DNA of 64,000 nt from Eledone cirrhosa (Eukaryota). The notes under the pieces were generated by a model, which was given only the letters and a program-made list of their open reading frames with translations, was not told the DNA's origin and made no database searches. Positions 29,296 to 46,015 of the stretch are shown here, in pieces; within the stretch, counting starts at the first letter, position 1, and each line of letters opens with the position of its first letter. The translations under genes were made by a program, and so were the position numbers. Location: NCBI GenBank assembly GCA_964016885.1, contig OZ024765.1, positions 248,001 to 312,000 on the forward strand, read 5' to 3'.

Positions 29296-29677
29296 GTATT
29301 TGCATTTGGGTATATATATATACATGAGTGTGTGTTTGTGTGTATGTGTGTATTAGCATTTCTGTATGTGTGTATTCTAGTGTGATGGGCCTTCTTAGTT
29401 CTTGGTTGCCTACAAATCATTGAGAGTGAAATAAAGCGACGATATACTGCATTGCACACGTCCCAGGATATATTCCCTAAATGGCAGATCAGAGTAGAAA
29501 TGGCGGACAATGATGTCTATTTCTAACCCGAATCAATGGCAGCTGATTTACAGATATGAAGCTGTTAAAACTTAAGAAAGGAAATGACGAGGGATCCAAC
29601 ATTAACACGTTTCCATGAACAAACTCACTATCACATTATAAGATATATTATTATGTGTTGAGTGTGTTTTGTAAAGA

Positions 29678-29762
<85 letters not shown>

Positions 29763-29794
29763 TTGTATGTATATATATATATATAAATACATAT

Positions 29795-29856
<62 letters not shown>

Positions 29857-30109
29857 ACATATATGTATACATAAGTACACATATATATATATATATACAT
29901 GTATATATATATATATTTATATCTATATCTATAAATATATATACTTATATGTATAGTTATATATATATAATCTCTATATATAAGTATATATATATACTCA
30001 TATATACTTATATATAAATATATATATATATAAATATATATATATATACTTATATATGTACTTATATATATATCTATATCTATATCTATATATATATACC
30101 TATATATAT

Positions 30110-30163
<54 letters not shown>

Positions 30164-30713
30164 ACATATAAACAAACATTTCTTTACATCTTTACATTAC
30201 ACTACCAAACAGAAGACAAAACACTAACATTACATTCATACATTTAGACACTTATAGCTACAGCTACAGCGCCATCTATGTTTACATCCTATGTGGCAAT
30301 GTGTTTCTCAAATCCTATCCTCAATGGACGAATCAAATCAACAGCATCGTACATGCAATGGTCCATTGTTTGGTCGAATCATTTACATGTAACATTTAGC
30401 ACGTCTGAAAGCTCACATCTACAGAATATGCTTACTAAATCCTGTATTTAATACCACAATCTCTATCCTTATTTATATCTTTAACATTAGTAAAGTAGAG
30501 GAATCTTATATGGTTAAACTATATAACTATATGTAATACTGATACATAAAGAAAACTGGAGGACAAACAAGGAAATGTAAGGAAAAATGAGGAGAGAGAA
30601 AAAAACGTTTTCGTTTTTATTGCATGGAACATTTTCCATTTGATCCCCGCTTCGAACATAAAATTTCTCCTCCTATTCTATATCTTCTATTTCTACCTCA
30701 GTGTTTATAAATG

Positions 30714-30797
<84 letters not shown>

Positions 30798-30811
30798 ATA
30801 CATTTATATAC

Positions 30812-30851
<40 letters not shown>

Positions 30852-30987
30852 CTTTATACATTTATATACATATTGTACATGTATATATAAATATATATAT
30901 ATATATAACCCTTTATATGTCTATCTACCTATTCATCTATATGTCAGCGTCTCTGTATATATCTATATATCTATCTATATATCAATT

Positions 30988-31019
<32 letters not shown>

Positions 31020-31617
31020 TCTCACTCTCTAGTAATATCTTCTTCCCTCTCACGCCCCCCCCCCCCTCTCTCTAGTAATTGCTTTCTCTTTATGAGACGA
31101 AGCTTTGAAAGGATTCTCTATACACTTCTTATTGGTTTTTCTCTAAATATTCTGCTTAGAACTGCGTGAATCTGTCAGAGACTTATTGATGTAAAGAAGC
31201 TCTCCAGAATCACGTAAATAAACCCAAATAACCAGAAATGCAAATAATCTTCCCAAGAAGAATTATGGAGCTAGCACTATATTTTAAAATACTATATAAG
31301 TATTATAGCTTGAATCAGGTGTTGATGCAGGAATATTAATGTTTCTGTACGTATGTATTCTAGAATAAGAATGAGATAGAATTATATAAAGACATAGCAA
31401 CAGTGAAACTAAGATTTTCTACTGCACTTTGACAAATGAAGATGTAAAGTATGTTTAATTATTTATGGATTTATGAAAGCAAGCTTAAAAAGTAAGATAG
31501 GTATACATGCCAACGTAAGTAGGTATCTAGTTAGTACTTATAACGTTTAATTGGTTGTGTGTGTTGTGTTTATGTGTGTCCGCTTTTTTAAGAGAGAAGC
31601 CATGAAATATATATATA

Positions 31618-32158
31618 TGAGGAGGCTTCAGAAACGACAGTTGGTAAACACGGTTTCAGTTATGATTTTTATTTTTTGAACATATGCTACATCTAGGTCA
31701 ATACATTTTAGAAGCATTGATACCAGCCCTTCAGTCCATCTGTGTAAAACTGAGGGCCATATGATTTAAACTTTGTCAAACAAGTGTTGATACCAGCTTT
31801 TAAGTCCATTTGTGTAACACTGAGGGCCATGCGATTTAAACCATATCAAAGCAGCTTTTTTTACATCTTCAACTGGGGATCATCTCCAACCCCATCTCTT
31901 CCACTTCTAAAACAACTTATCCAATTGTAGGGTGTTGATTTATTGGGGCATTGTCCCCATAAACTTGCTCCAGAATGTCAATGATATGGCTGCTCTTCCA
32001 CCCTAGCTTCAACATCAATTTGATGGAGACCAGATGTATTTAAGGGTTCATGTTATGACACGTTAGTACGAGAACATACAGGTGTATTGAGGTCAAAATT
32101 CCTGCATATGATATGTAGCTATGTATTTTTTCCACGAACTTATTGAAGCACACTCCTT
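31618..32158 (-). mobile_element. Internally deleted mariner (irritans/Hsmar2-like) DNA transposon
   Basis: Minus strand encodes IKLMLKLGWKSSHIIDILEQVYGDNAP (N-terminus) and PQFYTDGL...CIDLDVAYVQK* (C-terminus). Degenerate TIRs gaggaggcttcagaaa / ttattgaagcacactcc; internal ~55-bp duplication. Confidence 0.8.
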
Positions 32159-32222
32159 TACAGCAAGTCCTAGATTCCATGTGTTGAACTATCATGATTT
32201 TAGTTCAATATCTATCTATCTA

Positions 32223-32273
<51 letters not shown>

Positions 32274-32295
32274 CTGTATGCATACACGTATATAC

Positions 32296-32401
<106 letters not shown>

Positions 32402-32560
32402 TTATCCTGGGTTCAATCGGAGGTAACCACAGTAAGTAAAATACTCAATACATAGCAGAGTATAAGTATTTAATATAGAAATGGCTTCTACAGGACTAGA
32501 ACTGTTTCATTAGAAGGAAATCATCAGGAAACTGACTGTCAATTTATTATGGGTGTATGG
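32402..32560 (-). mobile_element. Family F pLTR with hammerhead core (32485-32531)
   Basis: Minus strand: tttc-CTGATGA-(decayed stem II)-GAAA-cagttctagtcctg-TA-gaag. Confidence 0.72.
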
Positions 32561-32640
32561 TGGCATATATATATATATATATATAACGGCGATGAATTAG
32601 TTTTGCGAGGTTTTTGATATGGAATCGTGTGTCGAAACAA

Positions 32641-32787
32641 ATATTGTTATACTAGGGGAGGGTCATATTGTTGTATTAATATTGCCAGAATTAATAACAG
32701 AACACACTCACTGTTTAGTTGGTTCTCGCTTCTGTGTCTTTTATATCGGTGAGTGTGTTCTGTTATTAATTCTGGCAATATTATTAC
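32641..32787. mobile_element. Family E element with partial inverted duplication
   Basis: taatattgccagaattaataacagaacacactcac / gtgagtgtgttctgttattaattctggcaatatta. Confidence 0.75.
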
Positions 32788-32796
32788 GCGGTGGAT

Positions 32797-32978
32797 TGGC
32801 AGTATCGGTAGAGGGTCGGACGCCATGCTTTCCAGCATAGTTACGTCCCTCTACGATCTGAGTTCAAATCCAGCCGAGGTTGACTTTGCCTTTCATCCTT
32901 ACGGGGTCGATAAAATAAAAGTATCAGTAATGCACTGGGTAATTGCTGGCCTTGTGCCTAAAGTAGAAACAATTATTA
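32797..32978 (+). mobile_element. tRNA-type SINE
   Basis: Same A-box-like, B-box and core as the 22157 copy. Confidence 0.78.
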
Positions 32979-33908
32979 CACAAATATCACCCTCATACAT
33001 ATACACTAATGACGATTCAGCAGAGATTTTGTCCACACTTTACCAAATATGGGGTACAATATATATATATATCAGCTTGTGTAGAATTTCCTGCTTACTC
33101 GTCTAGAAATATCCTTCAAATCGTAACCGTCTCCTGGGTTAAATAGAGAAGAGTTAATATCAATATTGCTGAATATCTTTAGAAAGGAAGCTTTACAAAA
33201 ATAAACCATCTGTATTACCTTTTGTCTGACGATTCTTAAGTCTAAACATATGAATTATATATTAATACTTCAAGCATAATAGATGTTAATACTACAAGAT
33301 ATTAAAACCAGAAGCATTATATCTCAAATCACAATAGCTTATTATGACGGAAAACTAAATAACGCCATTATTTTGAGCTAATATGAAAATTTATTTAATT
33401 AGATTTTATTTTATGGTATTTTATAATTTCACTTAAGGAAGGAAAATTGAAATAAATCTGATAAGTGGAATACGAATGTTTTGAATTTGGTGAAACATTT
33501 AAATTATAAAAAGGACCAAATGAATAAATTTAAATTAATATATAAAGGAGTATTTAAACAAATAAAAATGATTTCTGTTGATTGCAATTTTTTTAATGAA
33601 CATGGATGACGTAATGAAGGAAAGTTAGAGATTTTTATTAATATTAATATTAATATTATTATTATACTGATTATCATCATCATCGTCATCATCATTATCA
33701 TAATCATCATCATCATTGTCATCGTCATCGTTATCGTTATCGTCATCGTCATCGTCATCAGCATCGTCATCATCATCACCATCATCGTTAAAACCAGCAT
33801 TACCATCATCATCCCCATCATCATCACTGTTATTATCATCATTTGGTTTTGTTATTGCGCATTTTCACTGGGGACTGTTGTACTCTCAGTCGCTTCACGC
33901 CATGAAAC

Positions 33909-34594
<686 letters not shown>

Positions 34595-34731
34595 TGTTTT
34601 ACCACTGGGTAGAATTAGTATGCATCTATTACGCAACCTGATCACTGAAATGTGCATAATGTTTGCGGAAAAAATTAATGAAATTCAACATATTTGACCT
34701 CCTGTCATTTCACTTTATAATATATATATAA

Positions 34732-34780
34732 TAGCCGTCGAAACGGCTTGAGCTCTGCCGTCGGAGTCATACATTGTCCT
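34732..34780 (+). mobile_element. Family A single-arm stub
   Basis: tagccgtcgaaacggcttgagctctgccgtcgg. Confidence 0.75.
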
Positions 34781-34799
34781 ATATATATATATATATAAG

Positions 34800-34831
<32 letters not shown>

Positions 34832-35331
34832 CAAATACATATATATATATATATATATATACAAATACACATATATATATATAAAAACAAACCGAGCATT
34901 ATAATAAATGTTCGGTGAATCCATACGTACATATATATGTGTGTGCATGTATGTATATATATACATATTACTGTACGTCTGAATACATATATGCATGTAC
35001 GTATACATACTTATATTAACAGCCGTACTAAGAGTGAGAAATGAAATTTCATTTCATTTTTTTCCATTTATAGATAGATAGATATAGATATCTTTATCCA
35101 TGTCTATAAGTGCATCAAGTATATATATATATATATATAAACATATACGTATACACATACACACACATATACGCACAGCTGAACAGAAAATAATACTTAC
35201 ACACACTCGTTATATACACTCTAATATACAAACATACACACACATACACACACACACACACACACACATACACACACACACACACATACACACACATACA
35301 CACACACACATACACACATACACACACACGC

Positions 35332-35365
<34 letters not shown>

Positions 35366-35714
35366 CCACATATACCCACAGATATACACATATATATCCA
35401 TACAGGGAACGACGCCTATTTGCAGTACAATGTAACAAACGCTATACAGTTGGTCGGTCTCACTGACTCCATAACGGTAAACATGAACAAGATATCGCGC
35501 TCGAAATCTTAGTCAACCATGAGAAAAAGAAATGGATATATCTCGACAATGAAGTGAAGGAGGAGGAGGAGGATAAGGAGGAGGGGTATGGGGAGGTATA
35601 ATAGATGTGTGTAAGAAGGAAGCATTGAGGCTGGCTGGGAAAATAAGCTTTAGCAATAACGATACAAAATTATTGAATATATATATATATATATATATCT
35701 GTATGTGTCTGTAA

Positions 35715-35758
<44 letters not shown>

Positions 35759-35954
35759 CATATGTTTCTCTCTCTTTTTCCTTATATATATACATATATA
35801 TATACACACACACATATATTTATACATATATATATATATACATACATACATATATATATATATATACATACATACATATATACATATATATATGCATGTA
35901 TATATGCAATTGAGTACGTCTATATTTTTAATATTTATATATATATATACATAC

Positions 35955-36005
<51 letters not shown>

Positions 36006-36144
36006 TATATATAAGTGTGTGTGTGTGTATACACACACAATAATATTGATGCATATTTTATATACGAGAAACTAAATATCTGAGATCTACTAGACGAGAA
36101 AAAAATTGAGACTTCATGAAGCATAGCAAGAGAGAAAAATATTT

Positions 36145-36830
36145 GGCGGCTGTTTATTGCGGTAGTGTAAGGTGTCGGTTCGTGTTGGCGGTTTGTGGCG
36201 GCGATTTATGGTGATGGTGTAGGGTATTGGTTCGTGTTGGCGGTTTATGGCGGCGATTTATTGCGTTGGTGTAGGGTGTGGGTTTACTGCGGTGGTGTAG
36301 GCTGTTGGTTTATGGTGGCGGTTTATAGCGGTGGTGTAGGGTGTGGGTTTACTGCGGTGGTGTAGGCTGTTGGTTTATGGTGGCGGTTTATTGCGGTGGT
36401 GTAGGGTGTGGGTTTATTGCGGTGGTGTAGGCTGTTGGTTTATGGTGGCGGTTTATTGCGGTGGTGTAGGGTGTGGGTTTATTGCGGTGGTGTAGGCTGT
36501 TGGTTTATGGTGGCGGTTTATTGCGGTGGTGTAGGGTGTGGGTTTATTGCGGTGGTGTAGGCTGTTGGTTTATGGTGGCAGTTTATAGCGGTGGTGTAGG
36601 GTGTGGGTTTATTGCGGTGGTGTAGGCTGTTGGTTTATGGTGGCGGTTTATTGCGGTGGTGTAGGGTGTGGGTTTATTGCGGTGGTGTAGGCTGTTGGTT
36701 TATGGTGGCGGTTTATTGCGGTGGTGCAGGGTGTGGGTTTATTGCGGTGGTGTAGGCTGTTGGTTTATGGTGGCGGTTTATTGCGGTGGTGTAGGGTGTA
36801 GGTTCAGGGAGGAGGTTTATGGCGGCGCTA
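36145..36830. repeat. G-rich minisatellite, 65-bp unit x8 (36281-36800) with degenerate flanks
   Basis: Unit starts at 36281, 36346, 36411, 36476, 36541, 36606, 36671 and 36736. Confidence 0.92.
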
Positions 36831-37106
36831 TGTGAAATAATGTGTAACAAACTCGCTCATATGTCAAGTTTCCTTTATTTTGCTATATTTGTCCATTTAA
36901 CTTATATTTGACTCACTGATTCTTGCTTCCAATTCTTTATTATCCAAACTCTCTCCTCCACTCCAATGCATCCAGTCCCACGCCACCTCACCACTCCACT
37001 CCACTCAATTCTCCGTCACTCAGCCCTCCCTCTACTCCACTCCACACCATTCCACTACTCTCCACTACATATCACTTCTCTCTCCTCTCTCTCTCTCTCC
37101 GTATAT

Positions 37107-37283
37107 ACAAAGACGGTGTGGCAAGGAACCAGATGGACCATCACGCACTAGAGTACTCAATAGTTAGGGTAGTAGAGTGGGTAATAGGAAAAGAGTGAGG
37201 ACCCCGACGGCTGAGTTCTAGTCGCCTAGATCCGGAATTAGCTGTCGAAAAGGCCGGACCTCAGCCGTCGGGGACCTGATTCT

Positions 37284-37287
<4 letters not shown>
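37107..37287. mobile_element. Family A, diverged older copy
   Basis: Same tail, decayed hairpin. Confidence 0.8.
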
Positions 37288-37337
<50 letters not shown>

Positions 37338-37339
<2 letters not shown>

Positions 37340-37547
37340 CGAAGGAAATGTGGTAAGGAACCAGGTGGAGCATAACGCACCAAAGTACTCAATACTTAGG
37401 GTAGTAGAGTGGGTAATAGGAACAAGTAAGACCCCGACGGCTGAGCTCAAGCCATTTCGACGGCTATTTCGGGTCCAGAATTCTGGACTTTTGTCCAGAA
37501 TTAGCCGTCGAAACGGCTTGAGCTCAGCCGTCGGGGTCTTACTTGTT

Positions 37548-37550
<3 letters not shown>
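37338..37550. mobile_element. Family A fold-back element with extended nested centre
   Basis: Centre gtccagaattctggacttttgtccagaatt. Confidence 0.9.
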
Positions 37551-37638
<88 letters not shown>

Positions 37639-37809
37639 TAGGTAATTCCGAAGGAAAAGTAAAGGAAAGAAGAGTCCTCTATGTATAGAACAGAGCTATT
37701 TAACATCTCTGACTGACTGACGACCGATCCAGACGTGTATTAATATTATCTGAGATGCAGAAACCGTTGGTAATGGAGTAGTTTTATTTGGTTTTGTTCA
37801 CTTTCTAAT

Positions 37810-37879
<70 letters not shown>

Positions 37880-37883
<4 letters not shown>

Positions 37884-38270
37884 GTAAACGGAGGTAACAA
37901 CACAATCGGTACAGTATATGGAAGGGATATATTAGGTTAACTCTTGAAATAGCAGGAATAGGGTCTTAACGTTTCGGACGCTAGTTGTTCATCAGAAGAA
38001 AGAATAAGAAATAAGATAGATTGAGGGGACGGGTGGGTTGGAATTGGTAAAAATGTCTTTAGACCAAATATCACTAAAAGTAAATATGTTATCTCCTTTC
38101 ATGAATTTCTGTTCTAAAAACGATTCTTCTTCTTTTACGTCCAGATTTAATAAAATAAAAGTTATATATAATCTACATTATGTCGTGGGTCGTACATCTA
38201 AACCGACTCTGTCCATGATGGTAATCAGCCAAATGAAAGGTTATATAATTAAATGAACCCCCAAACTTAC
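37880..38270 (-). mobile_element. PLE-type 3' remnant with minimal hammerhead (37964-37999)
   Basis: Minus strand: tctt-CTGATGA-acaactagcgtcc-GAAA-cg-TT-aaga; (TA)n flanks. Confidence 0.6.
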
Positions 38271-38299
38271 AGACACATACATAAATACATACATACATA

Positions 38300-38354
<55 letters not shown>

Positions 38355-38949
38355 TAATGTTATGTTCGAGTGTCAATATATATATATATATATACAGTAT
38401 ATATACATAGGTGTGTATGTGTGCGTGTGTGTATTAATAATTAATATATATTTGTTTATGTGAGTGTGTGTTTGTGTGTGTATATAGATTTGTACTATAT
38501 ATATATATATGATAGACCAAAGTCACAGATACAGGCAGTCACACACACACATACACACACACACGCACACACACACACAATGATGATAGTCATACAAGCA
38601 CACGCCTATTTCGATTATACAAATACGTACGCACAAAGACATATGAAAATTATACGAAAAGCAGACAGGCGCACACACAAATATATGGACATAAAAACTT
38701 AGTGAACACCAGACACACACGCACACAAACACACACATATATATACACTCATATTCATACATACACACAAACAGAAACGTATTAAATATATATACAAAGA
38801 AAGACCCACACACAGCTAAATACATGTATACATATATTTACACACACCTATTACGTAAAAATATACAAATACACACACGCACACACGTATATATATATAT
38901 ACATATTTATATATGCATATATATGTATATAAAATGACACACCTATCAC

Positions 38950-38996
<47 letters not shown>

Positions 38997-39029
38997 TATA
39001 TATGTATATAAAATGACATACCTATAAGG

Positions 39030-39074
<45 letters not shown>

Positions 39075-39085
39075 CACACACACAC

Positions 39086-39128
<43 letters not shown>

Positions 39129-39188
39129 CCCGCTCACACAAACATATTACGTTATAAATATATATATATATACATATATATAGACACA

Positions 39189-39224
<36 letters not shown>

Positions 39225-39341
39225 CATACCCACTCACACAAGCCAATTACGTTGTATGTATGCATATATATATATATATATGCATACATACAACGTAATT
39301 GGTTTGTGTGAGTGGGTATGTATGTATATATATATATATGC

Positions 39342-39432
<91 letters not shown>

Positions 39433-39848
39433 CACACACATACAAAGACACAATGACAATCTAACACAGCAACAACAACGACAACAACCACACAACAACA
39501 CCACAACTCAACATAACATTTATAGTAGAGAAGCAATGAGAAACAAAGAGGAAAAACTTATATAGCGATAGCTGGACAACAAATTTAGCAGACGATATAT
39601 CAAATACTGAAATACTCTAGTTTGTTAGCTCGGATTAGATTGGATTAGCACCTCAGTTCTGACAACAATTTGACAGTTATGGTTATTGGGAAATGTCCTT
39701 TGGCATAATCTAACTGTTGTTTAGAACATAAAACCAACACTTGATGAGTATATTAAAATAGATACTTCATTTCTGTCCTGTCTAGCAACATTTTTATGGA
39801 AGCAGTTAATTTCAATTTTATTTCATCATATTTATATATTTATTCGTG

Positions 39849-39976
<128 letters not shown>

Positions 39977-40200
39977 TCAAGGTTCAATGAATAAATCAAA
40001 GAATGGGTTTTACAATAGATTGGAAGCACTCAACTGTTGGTTTATATATATATATATAGATAGATATATAGATATTTGGTTTATATATATATATATATAT
40101 AGATATATAGATATTTGGTTTATATATATATATATAGACATATATATATTTGGTTTATATATATATATTTATATATATATACATATATATATATATATTT

Positions 40201-40399
<199 letters not shown>

Positions 40400-40785
40400 A
40401 TATATATATATATATGAATTATAATATATATAAGAATTATTATGCTGTAATGAATGTTGACCCACAATATTTGCATATGTATCTGTATGTCTCTTGGGTG
40501 AAAAGGAGGTCATATAAGTGTTCATTCAATAATAAATTGGTCCGAAGAATCCAAACCTCGGTTTGGAGGAAACAGTTGTAAGCATAAAAATGTTTTGAAC
40601 AGTTCTTTGATTCTTATAATTCATATAACTGCTCTGTAAATCATCTGATGTTATTACATTGAGCTACTTAACTTACTGGTAATAAGGTAGTAATATATTA
40701 CTGCCTACCACTATTTAGGGTTTATAAAAATATATATAACTACAAAAGGTTTTTGTATTTGCATAACCATAAATAGTATACTTAA

Positions 40786-40967
<182 letters not shown>

Positions 40968-41124
40968 TTGACCATATACTAAGAACATCTGCGACCTTTC
41001 GATTACAAAGTCAAGTTCGATCTATAATAGGTCAGGCATCGAGCTGATCGATGGTGAAACATATGTAATAAGTTATTAAATATATTATGATGCAACACTG
41101 AATCCGTGTTCCATATCCTTATAG

Positions 41125-41192
<68 letters not shown>

Positions 41193-41201
41193 AATATATA
41201 T

Positions 41202-41232
<31 letters not shown>

Positions 41233-41271
41233 CATACATACCTATATATATATATATATATATACCAATAT

Positions 41272-41302
<31 letters not shown>

Positions 41303-41310
41303 CATACATA

Positions 41311-41399
<89 letters not shown>

Positions 41400-41402
<3 letters not shown>

Positions 41403-41535
41403 CAGTATCGATAGAGCGTCAGACACAGAGCTTAGCAGAACAGAGTTACATCCCGTTACGCGCTGGGGTAAATTTATTTGACTTTCCCTCCCATAAAATT
41501 GCTAATCTCTGGCCTAACGTTGAAACAATTATTAA
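41400..41535 (+). mobile_element. SINE, internally deleted
   Basis: tggcagtatcgataga...aaaattgcta...gaaacaattatt. Confidence 0.6.
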
Positions 41536-41860
41536 GGTATGATCACATTTCCACGTATATGAATATTTATGTGTGTATATGTAATATATGTATATATATA
41601 TATATTCGTTCAAAAATATATAATGTAATAAACACAGTTAGTTAACTTGGAATATTTCTTTCAAGCTGACAAGGCGTAAAATGAATTTATTGATGTGAAA
41701 ATCTTATTTTAAATGTGTTTAATCTTTATAGTAGCTACTTTTTTTCTATAATATATTTGTAATATATATATATATATATACATAAACACATTTATATATA
41801 TGTATGTATATATGTGTGTATAGAAATGTATATATATATATATATATTAGATTCACGCTT

Positions 41861-41948
<88 letters not shown>

Positions 41949-41976
41949 ATACATCAATATCAATATATATATATAA

Positions 41977-42124
<148 letters not shown>

Positions 42125-42168
42125 GTATATATATATATTATAATAATAATAATAATAATAATTATTAT

Positions 42169-42210
<42 letters not shown>

Positions 42211-42345
42211 ATTTATTCAAATTCCGTTTCTGATTCATCTTCAATTTCCTGTTTTTTTATTTTCATTTTTCTCTTCATTTTCTCTTTTATTTCGTTTTTG
42301 TCATTCTCCTACTTCCTGTTTATCTTCTTTCTCTTCTTCATCTCC

Positions 42346-42490
42346 CTTCTTCTTCTTCTTCTTCTTCTTCTTCTTCTTCTTCTTCTTCTTCTTCTTCTTC
42401 TTCTTCTTCTTCTTCTTCTTCTTCTTCTTCTTCTTCTTCTTCTTCTTCTTCTTCTTCTTCTTCTTCTTCTTCTTCTTCTTCTTCTTCTTC
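42346..42490. repeat. (CTT)n microsatellite
   Basis: Direct reading. Confidence 0.95.
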
Positions 42491-42875
42491 AGTCTTCATT
42501 CTTCTCTTTTTCACTCCCATTAATATAACTCAACTCTATAATGTCACCCTCAAATATAACCAGACATTTTTTTACATAATCTAAGTCCCCCTTCTCCACC
42601 ACCTCCTCCCCATCCTCCTACTCTTCCTTTCTCTCTCTACCGCTTCGTCCTGTTCTATCTCCTACTTCTCTTACTATTACCCACATTTCTTTGTTAACAT
42701 ATCCCACTTTATCCTGTTGTCTGTTACCATATATATATACATATGTACACACATATATATATGTATATATATATAAACATATATACACACATGTATATAT
42801 GTATATATATATATAAACATATATACACACATGTATATATCTATCTATCTATCTCTCTCTATATATATATACATA

Positions 42876-42906
<31 letters not shown>

Positions 42907-43059
42907 CTATATATATATATATATGTATATGTATGTATATATACATATATGATATATGGATGTATATATACGTATGTATATATATGTATGTATATATATA
43001 TATATATATATGTGTGTATATATATTTATATATATATATGTATATATATTTATGTATAT

Positions 43060-43117
<58 letters not shown>

Positions 43118-43462
43118 ACAGACATACACATTCAAGTATCTGTGTATATATGTGTCTATATACGTACGACTATATCTTCCTTCAATCCCATCAAAGCCGT
43201 GCTTTTACCAATATACCAGACTAAACCACTATCTCACTACTACACCTCTCACCACAACTCTTGCACAGAAGCAATACCAACTCAACCCCCCCCCCCCTCA
43301 CTCACCCCCACGACCACCATCATAGCAGCCTCGTTGTGATTCCATATAAATCTTGACAAATTCGCTGAACAATCAGTATATATGACACACTCGTAAATCA
43401 AAACGAAATTATAATAATATTATTGAAGTTCTCATATCATATATTTATATATATATATATGT

Positions 43463-43559
<97 letters not shown>

Positions 43560-43586
43560 TATAAATTTATATATATATATATATAT

Positions 43587-43619
<33 letters not shown>

Positions 43620-43851
43620 CACATATATACATATCACATAGAAATATATACATATATACATATATACATATATATAAATGTATAAATACATATACACACA
43701 CACAAACACACACATATATATATACGCTGAATTTCTACATAATTCATTTGAAGAATTCTTCGTGTGTCATAGAACTTTCCAGAACAGCACAGTCTGCTCG
43801 ATGGCGTCCAGTATATATTTATGTGTGTATATATATATATATATATACATA

Positions 43852-43921
43852 TGCTCTAGGGTTCTTATATATTTGATATATATTTATCCTTAGCGAGCCC
43901 TCTTTGGATTTTAGTCTTCAA

Positions 43922-43925
<4 letters not shown>
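43852..43925 (+). mobile_element. Family D fragment followed by (TTA)n
   Basis: Homology to 9890-9965. Confidence 0.7.
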
Positions 43926-43987
<62 letters not shown>

Positions 43988-44012
43988 ATACATATATATA
44001 TGTATATATATG

Positions 44013-44090
<78 letters not shown>

Positions 44091-44280
44091 CCCTTCGAAA
44101 AGGTCTTTCCAATATTACCTGTGCTTTACATTTATTGGTCAAAGACCTCTACCCATCCTCAAAATAATCATCATCATCACCAACCACCAGTTACCATATA
44201 AATACCACCGTAATGAATGCCAGTCCGCATTCCTCATGATTGTGATTTCCTGTGTATGAAACCGTTCTAGTCCTGTAGAT

Positions 44281-44317
<37 letters not shown>

Positions 44318-44348
44318 AAATAAATGTATATATATTTATATATATATA

Positions 44349-44382
<34 letters not shown>

Positions 44383-44416
44383 ATTATATATATATATATA
44401 ATTATATATATATATA

Positions 44417-44525
<109 letters not shown>

Positions 44526-44836
44526 TTATTTTATAAATATATATATATAATTATATAGATGTATATGTTCATATATATATGCCTGGCAGTAGTTGCAGCT
44601 GCACGCATCGATAGACTGGTGTAGTGGTTCTGAGATCAATGTGATTTTGCAGATGATCAATGCAAATTGACAATGGAAAGGCCCTCACGTTCGAGTTAGT
44701 AGAGAACTATTGACCTTCAGGAGAAGCAGCGACCCCTGATTGTATTCAGCAACCAAAACAAATATTAAGTGCACCATATCCAATGCTCATAGGGGCGGCC
44801 CTAGTTCTTCTTCTTTGCGAGTGTAAACTCGGCCAG

Positions 44837-44877
<41 letters not shown>

Positions 44878-44880
<3 letters not shown>

Positions 44881-45003
44881 AACAATTAAGACCCCGACGG
44901 CTGAGCTCAATCCGTTTCGACGGCTAATTCTGTACAGAATTACCCTAAGCATTGAGTACTTTGGTGGTTATGGTCCACCTGGTTCCTTACCACATTTCCT
45001 TCG

Positions 45004-45006
<3 letters not shown>
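44878..45006. mobile_element. Family A element, internally deleted
   Basis: One arm plus centre aattctgtacagaatt joined to the tail. Confidence 0.85.
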
Positions 45007-45054
<48 letters not shown>

Positions 45055-45768
45055 CAAAAGTTAGATTTAAAAACTCACAATAATCCCATATGATCCCGAG
45101 AGCTCCAGAAAGAGAGATCGAGCTCTTTATGCATATATACCGTTCCATCCGTGGTGTTTATGTGCTTTACCAGGGATGTATTTTATCTGACATAATTTAT
45201 TAAGTGTCTTCCTCTCATTATATAGATATGCCGCAAATATATTTATCGCTTACCAGTGAGTAAAAATCTTTAGACTACAGTATATTAAGCCGTACTTTCC
45301 TTGCCCGGAAAACTACGTTTAAATCACCATTTTCGACTGCGTCTTGGTCTCGGCTGTCAAAATCATTGCCAACTCAGTCATAGACAAAATTTATTGGAAC
45401 TGTCTGCACCCTTGGCCTACAAAATTGGATCTATCGTATATATTGATTGATTTCTGGCATACATATCGATTTCTCAGATTTCAAGTATAAAATATTGCAT
45501 GTGCTGGATGTTAATCTAAAAGGAATATCGATCCTACCCACACCACCCCATAACCACCAGCATCACCACCACCGGCACCGGCCGCCATATTGGCTTTAAA
45601 ACATAGTTTGATGATTATGACTGAATAAGTGATAAACGCGGAGATATGAATGCTTCATGGCGGTATTTATATACTAAATACATTTTATTTTAATGTTGTA
45701 TATCTGTGTATGTGTGTATATAAAATATATATAAATATACATGTGTATATATATATGTATATATATGA

Positions 45769-45846
<78 letters not shown>

Positions 45847-45945
45847 CACGTACATATTAACTACATATTATTTTAAGGGCAAATACATATATATATATAT
45901 ATGTGTATGTGTGTGTGTATGTGCGTGTGTGTATGTGTGTATGTG

Positions 45946-46015
<70 letters not shown>

